64,000 nucleotides of DNA from Lama guanicoe (lineage: Eukaryota), in assembly GCA_013239625.1 (NCBI GenBank), contig MU054391.1, forward strand, positions 5,539,824 to 5,603,823. The letters are read 5' to 3'. Positions 1 to 12,910 of this stretch are shown here, piece after piece. Below the pieces are notes generated by a model that had not been told where the DNA came from, made no database searches, and saw only the letters and a program-made list of their open reading frames with translations. How positions within the stretch are numbered: position 1 is the first letter of the stretch; every line of letters starts with the position of its first letter. The position numbers and the translations under genes are program-made.

Positions 1-291
1 AGCACATTGGCTCCCCCCGTCCTTCCTATCTCTGCGTCCATTTGGTGTCCTCTAAATGCCCTCCGTGTTTCCCTCATCCCGTGGCCCCCGGCTCTGTGCT
101 GGTTGGTAGAGCAGCACACTGGTGCCCTGTGAGGCCCGTCCTTGGGTCCCCAGCCCCGAGGTTGGCCCGCTTTGGTCCGTAAGCACACGCCTGATTCCTC
201 GAACTGAGAAACCCTCTAGGTAGTAGAACTCACACAAAGCCCAGTACTTGGGTTTATCAGTTTTCACCTGCATTTTCTCTCCTCTCAATAG

Positions 292-413
292 GTTGCAAAT
301 TAAATCGCCTGAACATGGTTGTTGGTGAATATGCCAGGGCCTGCTTACAAGTAGCCCAAGACTGTGGGATTGACGCACTTGACCTGTGGACCCTGATGCA
401 GAAGGACGGTCAG
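292..413 (+). CDS. IAH1: IAH1 (isoamyl acetate-hydrolyzing esterase 1 homolog), penultimate coding exon
   Basis: AG at 290-291, GT at 414-415; translates (G)[40 protein letters not shown], matching recalled IAH1; gene start lies outside the window. Confidence 0.93.
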
Positions 414-1469
414 GTACAGTGGCTGGCTCGGTCCTGTCAGGGTGAGTAGGATCTCACAGAAGTGGCCCAGCTGTGTGCTGTCTGCCTGGAACGCTCTGAG
501 TAGGTGAGATAGTTGCTCCTTTCACCAAATAGAACAGAAAAGTTGGGATGGAGCGGATGGAGGGGAGAGGCTCCAGGACAGCCTGCAGACCCGGCACCTT
601 GCTTGGCCTGGCTCCTCACCCACACTTAGTGGTTGGCATCATATTCTAGGGGCCCCATAACAGGAACTGGCATGTTGTGAAATAAATAAGCAAGAAATGG
701 TTCATATTTAAGAACATCCAGGCTAAGTTTCATATTATGGAGCCAGAGGAAAGTTAAATTCACTGCTTTGCCTGTTAACAAATTTTAAGTATGGTTTAGA
801 AAAGTTACGCTGCTGAGGAAAGGAAATTGCAGAGAACTGGGCTAGTGACTCTCAGAAAGTCCTTTTAGCCTTAACATATCAAGGGTCTAGAACTGGGAAG
901 GTCTCCCTTAATGATCATCTGATCTAAAACAGCAGAGATGAGAAAACTAAGGCCCGAGAGAAGACTGGTCTGTAGTCACGAGCTAGCTGGCGCCCAGGTT
1001 CCAACAGGGACGGGCACGCGCTAGTGGACGGAAAAGGTTCTTCCCCAAAGGAGGCAGGGCTCTAACAGCAGGTGCTCCTGGCATCAGGGCGTGGGAGGGA
1101 CTGGACTCTTGGCTGGATGGTACAAAATCTCTGCACCTGATAACGTGCCTGTTAACTTAATACCTAGACTAAGAGTCAAAAACAGTCTCACACACTGGGC
1201 CCTGAGCTCTTTGGACAATTTTTTTATGTTGATTAATGTACCGTATTCACTTGGTAAGCCTCTCCTGCCTTCTGATGACCTGGAAGGACGTTTCCGCTCA
1301 GGTACTTATTAATGGTGTGAGGTTTTACGAAGCCTCCACAAAGGGTGTGTGAGCGCTTACCCAGCTAACGCAGCCCCAGGAGACTGCTGGCCTGGGGCTG
1401 GTGACCTGCCGGCTGCGGCCACAGCTGGGAGCCCCGTGCACACCTTGACTGAGTTTTCTTCCCTTACAG

Positions 1470-1652
1470 GACTTTTCTTCCTATCTGTCAGATGGACTAC
1501 ATTTATCACCAAAAGGAAATGAGTTTTTGTTCACCCATCTTTGGCCACTGATAGAGAAGAGAGTCTCTTCCCTGCCTCTGCTGCTCCCTTACTGGCGAGA
1601 CGTGGCAGAAGCCAAACCGGAACTCAGCCTCCTGGGGGACGGAGACCATTAG
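1470..1652 (+). CDS. IAH1: IAH1 last coding exon
   Basis: Polypyrimidine tract + CAG acceptor; [63 protein letters not shown], with the SGNH-hydrolase DGLH motif. Confidence 0.95.
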   Translation, partial: DFSSYLSDGLHLSPKGNEFLFTHLWPLIEKRVSSLPLLLPYWRDVAEAKPELSLLGDGDH

Positions 1653-1805
1653 TCCCCGGAAACCAAGCCCGGCCGTTAACCTGCAGAACAGGACGTCGCC
1701 AGCACACAGAGGTCCCAAGAGAAGCAGTCAAAGTATTTTCTTCTCATGTTTAAACCTTTGCTCATGACCCTGGAACACAAATCACTAACATCTGCCACCA
1801 AGGTT

Positions 1806-1811
1806 AATAAA
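1806..1811 (+). terminator. IAH1: IAH1 polyadenylation signal AATAAA
   Basis: AATAAA ~150 nt after the stop; GT-rich element at 1846-1860. Confidence 0.75.
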
Positions 1812-1866
1812 AGCATTAGAAGTTTCAGGAAGGCTCTGTACCTAGGTGCGCTGTGTTTTGATAATA

Positions 1867-1872
1867 TTTATT
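1867..1872 (-). terminator. ADAM17: ADAM17 polyadenylation signal AATAAA (3' UTR ~1850-3354)
   Basis: TTTATT on + strand ~1.5 kb past the ADAM17 stop. Confidence 0.7.
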
Positions 1873-3354
1873 GATGGATGCAGGTGTTATCAGTGCCCCG
1901 GCGACACAATATACCCTGAGCAGCTTGTTGACTCTATAAATGGAAAAAAGGTAGACAGTTTTGTTTTCTTAAAAAGTCACAATTTTATAAAAAATGGTTT
2001 TCTTACATCCATCTGGGAACCATTTCACTCACACATACACCCACACACCCCACTCACCTATCAGATTCCAAAAGGGTAACTAAAATGTAAGAATATTATG
2101 ACGAGTTAAAAGACAGCAAATACCACGAGATACAAGTTCAAGTATTAGTGTAACAGGTATCTGCGTAACAAACGGTCCTTAGGGAAAAAAGATACGATTT
2201 ATCACAGGTTTGGTTGATTGCCCTCGAAGCTTACAAGTTATCTCAGTTAAGATGTGTTGGCTGGTGAGCACATTCCAGTACTCTTAGCAGGGGAAAAAAG
2301 CTTTTAAAAGGAAATCAGAATTCAGTCTGATGGTTTTCATCCTTCACACAGTAAATGCAGACCGTCCTGAAGCACTAAAGCAAGAAGTAATTCGGGTCAA
2401 CACCAAGGTGTTTTAGGAATCAGCTGTGGGGGATGAAGCCCCAGGCCGGCACACCACACCCTGTTCTTTTGGCGAGAACTGTCTCACGTGCCCTCTTGGC
2501 CACCAGCGTTTGAGAAGAGGTGACCATACTCTGACTCTGAAGTAGCTTAGGTTTTCTGAAGGGTGAGTTTAAGAGCAGCATCAGATACATGAAGATACCT
2601 ACAGAACACAGAAGAGCCGCCCAGCTAATGAGGACCCAAGACAATGGGCAGGATTCTGTGAATTCATCTGGCTGCAATTTGTAACCCTCACTGTAAGCTA
2701 GATTGCTTTAATTCTAAAAATTAGAAATGTGAAAATTTAGACTTACAAAGAAACACTGACCCAACATATTCCTAAATTTAGATGTGTTAATTCTCCCGTC
2801 TGCTAAAAATCCTGGGTCATACTCAGCAGCAGAACCCACATTTTGGAGAAGGTGTAACCTGGTTTCATAACCCTTTGTCTTTACTTGAAGGCAAAAAGAT
2901 AAGTCTATTCTGTGTTCCAGTCATCCTCGCGAGAAGCTGCTAACCGCCTCGTTAGGGCCACCAGCTGAGTACAGTGTATGAAACAGCGGGCCGTCTCCCT
3001 AGTCAGTGCTGTTCTCAACAGAAAAGGTTAATTTACAAAAACGTAAATACTCATAACCTAATACAGCTGTAGTTTCTGCTTTTGCACCACAGGTTGAAGG
3101 ATATTTTAAAGACCAAAAAAAACTAAAACCTGAAAGCCTCAAAACAAGCTAGAGTCACCTTACCTCTCCAGAAGGAAAAGGGCCTAACCACGCAAGTATT
3201 ACGTGCACAGAGGAAGTCCAAACACATGACCAGCATCTGCTGAGAAGTCACTTCCTTCTTTCTCCCAAATCTTCACAAAATATATGCAGTGATCTGAGGT
3301 CAAATCTATAGGGACGCTCCGCATGCTCCCTCAGAGCGCGCGCGCAGCCCTGAC

Positions 3355-3714
3355 CTAGCACTCGGTCTCCTTGCTGTCCACGCGGCTCTGCCGCTGCAGC
3401 TTGAAAGACGAGGCCTTCTCGCTTCTGGTGACCGGGTGGTCCGTGAGGTCCTCAAACGACTTGGCGGCGGTGCTGCTACTTGGGAAGGGGTCCTTCTCGA
3501 GGCCGTCCTCGTCCACGTGCGAGTCCGTGCTGGGGTCCTCCTGGATGGTGTCCATCCGCTGGTGGTCCGCTTTCAGAGCCGCGGGCCCTGCAGGCCCGGA
3601 GGGCGGGGCGGGGGCGGCCTGCAGGGGCTGCAGGCGGCCTGGGGTCTGGGGCGCAGGGAAGGGCTTGATGATGCGAACCGAGGCTGAATCCATGCTGCTG
3701 AGCATCTCGACGTT
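3355..3714 (-). CDS. ADAM17: ADAM17 exon 19 (cytoplasmic tail, stop)
   Basis: ttccag acceptor; [28 protein letters not shown]...[12 protein letters not shown]. Confidence 0.97.
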   Translation of the reverse strand, partial: NVEMLSSMDSASVRIIKPFPAPQTPGRLQPLQAAPAPPSGPAGPAALKADHQRMDTIQEDPSTDSHVDEDGLEKDPFPSSSTAAKSFEDLTDHPVTRSEKASSFKLQRQSRVDSKETEC

Positions 3715-4218
3715 CTGGAAAAACAAGGAGCCAACGATGAATCCCAGGTCCCCCACTCCAACCTTCCCCACCAGACAGCCACACGCCATGGGCGCCCTGA
3801 TCCCCGTGACATGGAGAGCATGAGGTAAAACGCCCAAACCTCAGAAGCAACTCAGACAGCTTCCAAACGTCTGGACGACTCGCCATTTGAAGACCCAAAA
3901 GGGACTCATAAGAAACAACCCTGTCAAGATCCCGAGAGACTAGATCTCCCACCAAGTGCTGAACAGCCAGTCACTCAGGGTTGTGGCGAGGGCGGGCGGC
4001 GCTCCTCTGCTATCTCATCCAAGTTCACTGTGACTGTCACAGAATTTACCTTAACATCCAACCTAGATCCTTCCTGCTACAACATGACATCCCACCAGCC
4101 AAAGAAGGGGCAGCCAGAAAGGCCGACAGCTCTCGCCGGGGCGGCCAGTGAAGGCGCTGGCTTAGCAGGTCTCAAAACGCAACTGAAAACGATGGTTTCT
4201 TTCGAGTCAGATACTCAC

Positions 4219-4269
4219 ACTGGGGTGGAACAGAGACAGAGACTCATACTGCTTGTCCAGCTTCTTATC
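4219..4269 (-). CDS. ADAM17: ADAM17 exon 18
   Basis: 51 bp, AG/GT flanked; DKKLDKQYESLSLFHPS. Confidence 0.96.
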
Positions 4270-5790
4270 CTGGAAAGAGAAGAACAGCGAGGTTTCAGAA
4301 AGGCCATTCCTATGAGCAGCGAAGGCTCCTTCCTGAGAAGCTTCTCCGAGTATTAAGAACTAACTTGAGTTGTAGCAAGTGGTAGCAGGCCCAGCAGAGG
4401 AGAATGAATCTCTTACGCAAGCTTTAAGAGTTCTGCCAGGGTGTTTCCTTCGCACTTGAAGGAAATATGTTTTTGGCGTCAAGCAAGGAAACAGGCAAGG
4501 TTTCTGAGAGGAACCCCCACACCGCGGGCAGGAACAGGGCACTTCCCCGCGTGTGCAGTGCTCGGAGGCGCGCTGACCACGAGGGCAGCTCTGGGGAGGC
4601 TGAGGCGCCGGGCCCGCGGCCTCACCTGGCCCAGGCCTCACACTGCCCCAGTGCCCCACAGCCCTGATACCCTTCTCAGCCGTGTCCCAGAGCTTCTGTG
4701 TTCCAGACTCTTAGAGGAACTGGCCTTCAAGTCCTGACATCACACTGCTGCAGAAAGCAGAACATGTGGTCCCTGCCTGTGGCTGACAAGTAACAGACGA
4801 CCCCGGGCGAGGCCGAGGCCGAGGCCGAGGCCGAGAATGCAGGCCTGGCCTCCAGTATGGCTGCCCCAACCGTCCCCTGTAGAAACAAGCCACTGCCCCT
4901 CTGCTGTTGGCAGCTCTGCTCAGGACTCAAGGGTCAGGCCTCACGGTCCACAGTCATAACTTTCACTGTAAACAAAGTACGTTTGACTCTCAAGTAAAAG
5001 GAACCATGATGGATGGCACTGTCACCCGCCTGTCGAAGGTCACCCGTGTCCCTTTTAACACAGCTCTGCTTTAGCAGAGATGCCCCCCCCCCCGCCCCGT
5101 ACACATCAGGCCCACCGCCCTGACAAGGAGCCGTAGAGTGAGACAGCGGCGCCCAGGTAGGGCAGCAGCAGCCGTGAAGTGGTGCCGGAGTCGCCCCAGT
5201 GCCCGCGGGAGGGCACCGCGGGGAGCGGCAGCCCAGGGCTGGACGCCTGGGTCTGACTTCCTCGTCTCCACGCAGCAGACAAGTCCTCAGTCTCTCACGG
5301 GGGAAAGGTGAACGGATTTGTAAGAAAATCTGGAGTCTCACAGATAAAGCCCAATTCATTGTGTTAGCGGTTACTCATTTTAAATAAAATAGACTGCTCA
5401 CAATGACCGTTTGGAAGGATCTGAATACTCTCCACGTGCTGTCTGGCGTTCGCTCTTTACAACAGAGCCAGCCTGAAAATGCTCGTTTAGAAGCTTCACT
5501 CGTCAGAGGCCCTGCCCAAGTCTAGGTAAGCAGCTTCGTGCGCTTAGAGTATCAAATTCCCCAGAAATTATACATGAGAACAATACACACACACACACAA
5601 AATGTAACTATTCAAAAAGACTATTAGTTACCCCTTTCACAAAATGTGTTTTTCCAGGGATAACACCAAAATGTCATTGGATATAGGAGGTCAGATTTTT
5701 CTAAGAGCAAATTTTATCTTTTCAAAGGTTATATGGTTGGAGTTGTTCAAAATTCTAATACGTTTTACTGCTTAAAAAACAGGGACTTAC

Positions 5791-5879
5791 CACACAGTGG
5801 ACAAGAATGCTGAAAGGGATCCAAAATATCAAGGAGAAAACCAGGACGGAGCCTACGATGTTGTCTGCTAAAAACTTCC
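5791..5879 (-). CDS. ADAM17: ADAM17 exon 17 (transmembrane helix)
   Basis: 89 bp, [33 protein letters not shown]. Confidence 0.96.
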
Positions 5880-6630
5880 CTGTGGACAATTCCAGACAGT
5901 CAACGTCTTAACCAAGAACTTTAGAAATTGAAAATTAAATGCTCTTAGAATATCACCATGTGTCAAACGCCTCAGACCGTCGGCTGGGAACTAGCACTGA
6001 CTCCGGCCCGAGAGGCGAGCCCACAGCGCCTGCACCAGCCCCGACCCCCTGCCCACACCGCGCGCCCCCCGCAACGGCCCCGACGCGCTGACCGAGAACA
6101 GGCCACGTGACAGAAGGCCACCGCGGTCCCTGGAGGGACCGCATCCGTGGACTCACCGGAAAGGAAGCCACTATGAGGAACGATGCTTACGGAGGCAATG
6201 CTGTTGCTATCTGGGTATTATTATTTTTGTGACTAAACTATAAATTATGAACTCCGGAGGGCACAGTGCATCCTCGCTTCAGCAAAATCTGAGGCTCACT
6301 TTTAAATTTTAAATTTAAGTGATTCTTACACCAAATAGGTTTCAGATTTACAATCTATAGGAATGAACCAGGCTTATGCTGTTACATGTTCGTTTGTTTT
6401 TTAGTAAAGAAGCCAATATTCTGACTTCCCTTGTCTGAACACTTGTGCATCCACACTGTCCAGGGGCAGACCCATGAGTCAGTTTTATTTAGCCAACAAA
6501 GTCGTTTCAAAACAAAAGTGGTGACTAGTTCCACCTTCTATTGCAGGATCAGAGCGTATCAGTCTGAAACCACACTCTTCTAGGAATCAGCTCAGTTCTA
6601 AGCAACTAACCACGTGGGGGAGCCACCTAC

Positions 6631-6709
6631 CAAAAGTATTGATGCTCAGCTTGTCAATGAACTCCCAAAACCGCTCGATGACGTCCTGCACTCGCTTCTC
6701 ACACTTGCC
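6631..6709 (-). CDS. ADAM17: ADAM17 exon 16 (CANDIS stalk)
   Basis: 79 bp, [30 protein letters not shown]. Confidence 0.96.
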
Positions 6710-7496
6710 CTGTGAACAGGAGACGGACAGCGTCACCCCTAACGGCAGTGCATTTACTTAGAAGGAACGGGGCTTTATATGAATAATTAACATGAAAAGG
6801 GCTGCATTAAAACCAAACAGCCAGGGGACCCATCTTCGACACAGTGTAATGGGTACCTAGGAAAGCGGGTAGCTGTCACCGATACGCCACAATCAGCCTG
6901 TGCTTGTAAGTGAATTTAGAATGACCCAAAGACAAAACTCAAGAACACCAACTTGTTAAAGATGGGGCAATTCCAGGAAGGGCTGCCCTGATACACACAC
7001 AGTGGATGGGAAGAGCCGGGCAGACAGCCCGAAGAAGCCTCTCGAGCCCTTTAAAGCCTCTTCCCTGACCGTGCAGGAGTGAAACCATGTTTCTGTGAGA
7101 GCAAAAGGGTCTGACTCGGGCGAGTCAAGCCGCCTGGGGACCCTTCCTACCCATTGAGCACCTGTTTCAAAATCAAAACGTGCAATTCCGTAATATCTGT
7201 GAATTTCATAATTAGCCTAGAAAACCAAATAAGCAGGACCGACTGCCTACAAGCCATTCAGTTTTGCCGCAAAGTCCCCTCCGAGGTCCTGCCCAGTCTC
7301 CTGAGGGTACTCGGTCCCCTCCTCCCGGTCACGCCCACACACACTCCACTGGACTCCCACACAAGGACAAAACGGTTAGAAAGACACGGTGGCATCTGTG
7401 TTCTCATCTCCTTCCATTTGTAAAGTCAAGGATTTACTATATAAAAACTTCACATCTGGCTGTTACAGAAAAAGTTGTACGTAAGTCAATACTCAC

Positions 7497-7627
7497 ATTC
7501 ATGTCACAGAATCCTACTGTACACGGCTTTCCCTTCCTCAAAAATAAGTTCTTCTGCTCGGCGTCGACGTAGGGCACGCAGCGGCCCGAGGGGTCCCTGC
7601 AGCACACCTTGCACGAGTTGTCGGTTT
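7497..7627 (-). CDS. ADAM17: ADAM17 exon 15 (membrane-proximal domain)
   Basis: 131 bp, [47 protein letters not shown] with CKVC and RKGK motifs. Confidence 0.96.
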
Positions 7628-8296
7628 CTGAAACGGAGCAGGAGCCCGCTTAGACGCGCGCCCCTCCCACCACGCTCCCGCAGGGGAAGGGCCGCATCCA
7701 TTCTTTACTTCAAGAGCTAATATCATCCAGGTGTCACCCCCACCAAGGAGTAACTTCTGAGCTCAGGCTCCTCGGCCCTCAGGCCACAAGGAAAAAACAA
7801 CTCACAAAGACATGTTTCCTTTCTTTAACAGATGAAAAGCCAAATTATTCTACTCCAAACCCTTCATAATGCTAAATGTTTCCCTTTGTCCCACTGTTCT
7901 TAGTACACTGCTGGTTTCAGTCCTTGGCTTCTCAGTTTCCAGCACACTCTGGAAAGCCACGGCTCCAGCGAGAGCCAAGCAGCTAAGACAGGACAGCCGG
8001 CCTCAGGCGTGGATCCGAGTGGCCCGCCAGCAACACACACACCGCAGCCTGAGCGCAACGGGACATCCTGTCCTTCAGGGCACCCCCCAACAGCACGTGG
8101 GGTGTGCAGCACGCGTACAAACAACAGACGTGCCCCAAAAGTTAGCGGGCAGTGTGACTCAAGGGACCATCTCTATCTGACCCAGGGCAAAGTCTGAATT
8201 TATACTCTCAGGAAAAATCAACATCAACCAGAACACAAAAACAAGCACAACCACTTTAAAGGGAAAATAAAAACCTTTTCCTAGTACTCAACGATA

Positions 8297-8723
8297 AAGA
8301 TAAAATAACGCCATTTGCAGCAACATGGATGGACCTGGAGATCGTCATTCTAAGTAAGCCAGAAAGAGAAAGAAAAATACCATATGAGATCGCTCTTATG
8401 TGGAATCTAAAAAAAACCAAAACGCAGTAAACAATCTTATGGTTACTGGGGAAAAGGGGGTAGGAAGGGATAAATAAAAAAGGGGGGTAGGAAGGGATAA
8501 ATTTGGGAGTTTGTGATTTGCAAATGATAACCACTATATATAAAAAGATAAAAAACACTTTCTTCTGTAGAGCACAGGGAACTATATTCAGTATCTTATA
8601 ATAACCTTTAATGGAAAAGAATATGAAACAAATACATGTGTGTACATGCATGACAGGGATATCATGCTGCACACCAGAAACTGACACATTGTAACTGATG
8701 ATACTTGAATTTAAAAAAAAAAA
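8297..8723 (+). mobile_element. LINE-1 3' end fragment (lineage-specific)
   Basis: GCCATTTGCAGCAACATGGATGGACCTGGAG L1 motif, TAGAGCACAGGGAACTATATTCA, poly-A; similar to the copy at 58577-59255. Confidence 0.85.
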
Positions 8724-9584
8724 TTTTTTAATTAAAACCCCCACCTTTTCCTCATTCATTCATGTATCAAGCATTTCCTGGGCATTTACTAGGTGTCCCT
8801 CCAGCACCGCAAGCCTCTTGCCACTCACTCAATAAATTATCTGACATCTACTGTGTGTTATCTTCTTTATTTACATGTTACTCCACCCCGAAGAGCCACT
8901 TACTCCACTGTATGGATGGAAAGTTCCCAACTCAGGGGTTCTGAGTTGGGATTTTTGTTTTGAAAGCAACAGAAAACTCTCTGAGGTGGGGTGGGGAGCT
9001 CAGAGCCCAGCCAGTCCGCGAGGCCCCTACTCAGACCCGCGGGCTCCAAAAACAAAGTGTGGAAACCTGAGGTCAAGTATCAGAGAAGCCAGCAGGATGT
9101 CCCCAAGCACTGTTAAGCGAGGTCCCTGCCCCAGGAGTCTGGCAGGGAGCAGAGGGCAGCAGGCCCAGCAAACACCCCAACAGAGCGGGTCAGACCTGGA
9201 ACCAGCTCTCAGGATGAGGCCCCGAAGGAGTATCAGAGTTCAAGGCCACTGGGGTGCACGCCGCTCCTGTGTGTTCACAGTATGATGTGGGGGAGGAGGA
9301 GTGAAGACAGACTTCCACCCCCCCGGCTGCCCACACCCCATCTCCTTCATGGTCTGAAAGCGCAGCAAGAAGTTAGATGGCAGGACAGTTTCCACAGACA
9401 GCTGGGTCCACAGACAGCTAGTTCCACAGACAGAACCGGATGCAGGTCTGTCTCCGCACACCGCCCTGTCATCCCGGCCCTCCACCCCGGTTGGGTTCTC
9501 CCCACTGCCCTGACCGGCCCCCAGACCAGGGCCACTCCCATCCCTGCACCAGGACGGCGTGGGACGTGCTTGGGGACGGCTCAC

Positions 9585-9719
9585 CATTACACGCGCACGA
9601 CTCCAGCCTCTGCTCCCGCTCGCAGAAGGGGACGCACTTGCCGTCCTTGCACCGGCCCAGATCCAGGCACACCGTGTCATCGGCTGCATTTCCCGGAGGG
9701 GGACACTCACTGCTGTTTC
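9585..9719 (-). CDS. ADAM17: ADAM17 exon 14
   Basis: 135 bp, [48 protein letters not shown]. Confidence 0.96.
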
Positions 9720-10717
9720 CTGCGAGCACATAGGTCATGGGTCACTTTGAGTCGATGGCCACCAGGGCTGCAGGGTGGGCGCCGATTCTCACAGCAGCGG
9801 GTGGCCCGGGTCCAGCCAGCGACACCGAGGCCTGACTGTGCGTCCAGCTCCGCCCCCCCCCCCCCAAAACCCGCTCCCCCCCCCCCCCCAGTGTCTGCTC
9901 GGGCCACCCCCAGCCTCGCCTCCATCACCACTTACCCGCACCGCGTATCCTGCTTTTATCTTTTTACTGTGAAACGTAACATCCACATAAAAGAACATAC
10001 ATATAAGACGGAATGGACTATTCTCACTAATTAAGCGGACGCCTATGCACTGCGACTTGACTAAAACGCAAACTTCCTGGGAGGGTGTCACTGCCAACAG
10101 CTGTCCCCAAGTCCCCAACCCACATGCTCAGCTACAAAGGCCCCCCTTCTCTTCCTTTTCTTTCTAACCCCAGAACCTTAACACATATGCTGTTCCGTCC
10201 CCGGAATGTTCCTGTTCCTACTCTTTCAGGAGGCCTGGATTTTTTCTCACCCTTAAGCTTCATCTCAAAGCTCTCCTCTGACATCCCTGCGGACCCTACC
10301 CAAGTTGGTGGCCCTCACCCCCATCACACTGCTTCTCCCCTTCACAGCACACGGTCTACAATTTACGTCTGTCTGATTATCTGTGGTTATTTTCTGCTTC
10401 TTACCGCTAGACTCCATTAGAGCAGAGACCCAAACTGTTAAAGAATCAGTGCACGCCCACCACCCTGCAGGTACACCACAAGTACTTCTTGAGGGAATCA
10501 ATGATTCTGAAGGACAAAGAAAGTCACCCAAGGATGTTAAATTTGGGAGAAAGGAAGAATGAGTGACCCACTCTGGAAAATGAGAAGGAAGCACAAGCGG
10601 TTAAAAGTCAACACTAAAAGGGAAGAGAAAAACTGCAAGAAAGCACTAGACTGTGTACGCCCAGGGCTCTGGAGGCCTGGCCTTTAAACTGAGGAACGGA
10701 ACCAATCAAAAGAACTT

Positions 10718-10865
10718 GGTGGGGAGGGTACAGCTCAGTGGTAGAGTGCATGCCTAGCATGCCCGAGGTCCTGGGTTCAATTCCCAGTAACCCCATTCAA
10801 AAATTAATAAATAAACAAACTTAATTACCACGCCCTGCCTCCCTAAAAAGAAACAAACCAACAAA
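10718..10865 (+). mobile_element. tRNA-derived SINE (camelid Vic-1-like)
   Basis: GGGGAGGGTACAGCTCAGTGGTAGAG A box, GGTTCAATTCC B box, A-rich tail, AAAAGAA flanks. Confidence 0.85.
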
Positions 10866-11702
10866 AAGAATTCAGACTTAAAGGTCTGTGAGCTTAAAAG
10901 AATCTGCCCTATTTCAAACAAAAGCAGTCTTTCATTAACTGCCTAACACATATGGGACACTTGCTTAGGCATTTACATTTGCCTCTGGTTTTATAAAACC
11001 TGTTATGGGCACTGGGCATTCATAATGTCAACAAGACTATCTTACAACAAACTCGCTACCACTGAAAGCAAGCTCTGGAAAAAGGCAGCAAATTCAGTGA
11101 AGGTTTATACTCTGTACTGTCATCGTATTTTCAGTACATGATGCTGTCCTCAGCAGATACATAAAATATGCTCAACAAATATTTGTTAAACATCTGTTCT
11201 TAAAGGACTAAAATCAGATGCACAGGAAAATAACTGAAAACACAGCATCACCTATTGAACGTGGCTTTCAAAGGTGAGCACATATCAGGAGCCCCGACAC
11301 ATGGATGCTGGGACAGAGAGCTGGGCCCTGTCCCCAGAACTGGCCTGGGGAGGGGACCGAGCATTTCCACTTCTATCAAGATCTCAGGTGATGATGCTGC
11401 CACTTTGTATAAAATGCCAAGGGAACAAAAGGCTGATAAGAAGGAAAATCCTTTTTTACAATTGCTTTACTTATGCTTATTTAAAAAGAAAACATGTTCT
11501 TTCTAAAACTGTTTCTAAAACCTTCTAAAACAACAAAGACTGAAACACTGAGCACAGCTAGAAAGTGTGTTTTAAAGCTTGAATGAGATATTCAGGCTCC
11601 TGATATTTGATAAACTAACATGATGCTGACAGATCTCAGAACATAAGAATCACGAGTAACATCTTATAGAATGTGTATTTCAAGGCTGAAGGAAGAATCT
11701 AG

Positions 11703-12415
11703 ATGAGATAAAACCTCACATCCACTAGGATGGCTACAATCAAGAAGACAGACCATAACAGCTGTTGGTCAGGATTTGGAGAAAGTGGAAGCTTCATACA
11801 TGCTGCTGGGAATGTAAAATGGTGCAGTCACTTTGGAAACAAGCCTGGCAGTTCCTTAAACAATTAAACAGAGTTACCATATGACAGGGCAACTCTACAA
11901 CTGGAGGTATACAAGGGAAATGAAAACACGTCCACACAAAAAACTGCACATAAATCTTCACAGTAGCATTATTCAGAGCAGCCAAAAAATGATAACAATC
12001 CAAAAATCCATCAATTGAAGAATGAATAAAAAATGTGGTATATCCATACAATGGAATACCATTCAGCAATAAAAATAAATGAAGGACTGATTCATGCTGC
12101 AACATGGATGAATCTTGAAACACATTATTCTGTGTCAAAGAAGCCCACATACTGTACGGTTCCACTTATATGAAGTATCCAAAATAGGCAAATCCATAGA
12201 AACAGAAAGTAGATTAGTGGCTGTCTGGGGCTGGGGCGATGAGGAGATTCAAAATGATGACTAAAGCATATGGGTTTCTTTCCGAGGTGGTGGAAACTGA
12301 CTGGTGGGTGGAAGCACAAATGTGAATACACTAAAAACCACTGAACTGGACACTTTAAATGAGCAAATGGTACAGTAAGTTGTTAATTATATCTCAATAA
12401 ACCTGTTACAAAAAT
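11703..12415 (+). mobile_element. Old LINE-1 (L1M-type) ORF2 end/3' UTR
   Basis: GCTGGGAATGTAAAATGGTGCAGTCACTTTGGAAAC, ATCCATACAATGGAATA, terminal TATCTCAATAAA. Confidence 0.85.
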
Positions 12416-12752
12416 CAAACCAAGCAACCAAGTGACAGAGAAACCAGAAAAATATAAGAACGGGATAGGTATCCCAAATAGGAACAACAATAGCAAAAGA
12501 AAAAAAACCTAGGGTAGCAAACTGAATACTAAATAAAACAATTAAAGTTAAAAGAAACCACGAGGGCCAAAAAGGAGCATTATATACTGGTAAGGGAACA
12601 GCAGGCCGAGATGTAGAGAGTAGGTCCAATTATGTGCCTATTAATACAGCTTTGAGATATTTTTAATGGAACAACTGACAGAATTACAGGGGTCACTGAT
12701 AATCAATACAGCCTGAAGATCAGCTCCTGATAAAGTCCTAGATGTAAAAAGT

Positions 12753-12910
12753 AGGCGGGAGGGTACAGCTCAGTGGTAGCGCGTGTGCTTACCAATATAA
12801 GGTCCTGGGTTCAATCCTCAGTCCCTCCATTATAAACAAACAGACAGACAGACAAACAAACAAAACTAAGTAGTCCCCTCCCCCTAAAAAAAACCCCAAA
12901 ACAAAAAAAA
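12753..12910 (+). mobile_element. tRNA-derived SINE (Vic-1-like)
   Basis: A/B boxes, A-rich tail, TSD GTAAAAAGT at 12744-12752 and 12911-12919. Confidence 0.87.

Noticed and set aside
3371..3955. Overlapping alternative-frame ORFs around exon 19
   Set aside because: Expected by-product of very high GC content; no independent support.
8256..8759. 167-aa hydrophobic - strand ORF
   Set aside because: Reverse complement of an A-rich L1 3' UTR.
9391..9433. Three 16-bp units TCCACAGACAGCT...; also (GAGGCC)4 at ~4809-4835 and a 19-bp tandem duplication at 48124-48161
   Set aside because: Ordinary slippage repeats without unique spacers; not CRISPR-like, and the DNA is eukaryotic.
9282..10034. 250-aa + strand ORF
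   Set aside because: Non-ATG start, low complexity, antisense to ADAM17 exon 14 in GC-rich sequence; no recognisable domain.
10718..10800. tRNA-like sequences with A/B boxes (here and at seven other sites)
   Set aside because: Degenerate, with A-rich tails and TSDs: SINE heads, not tRNA genes.
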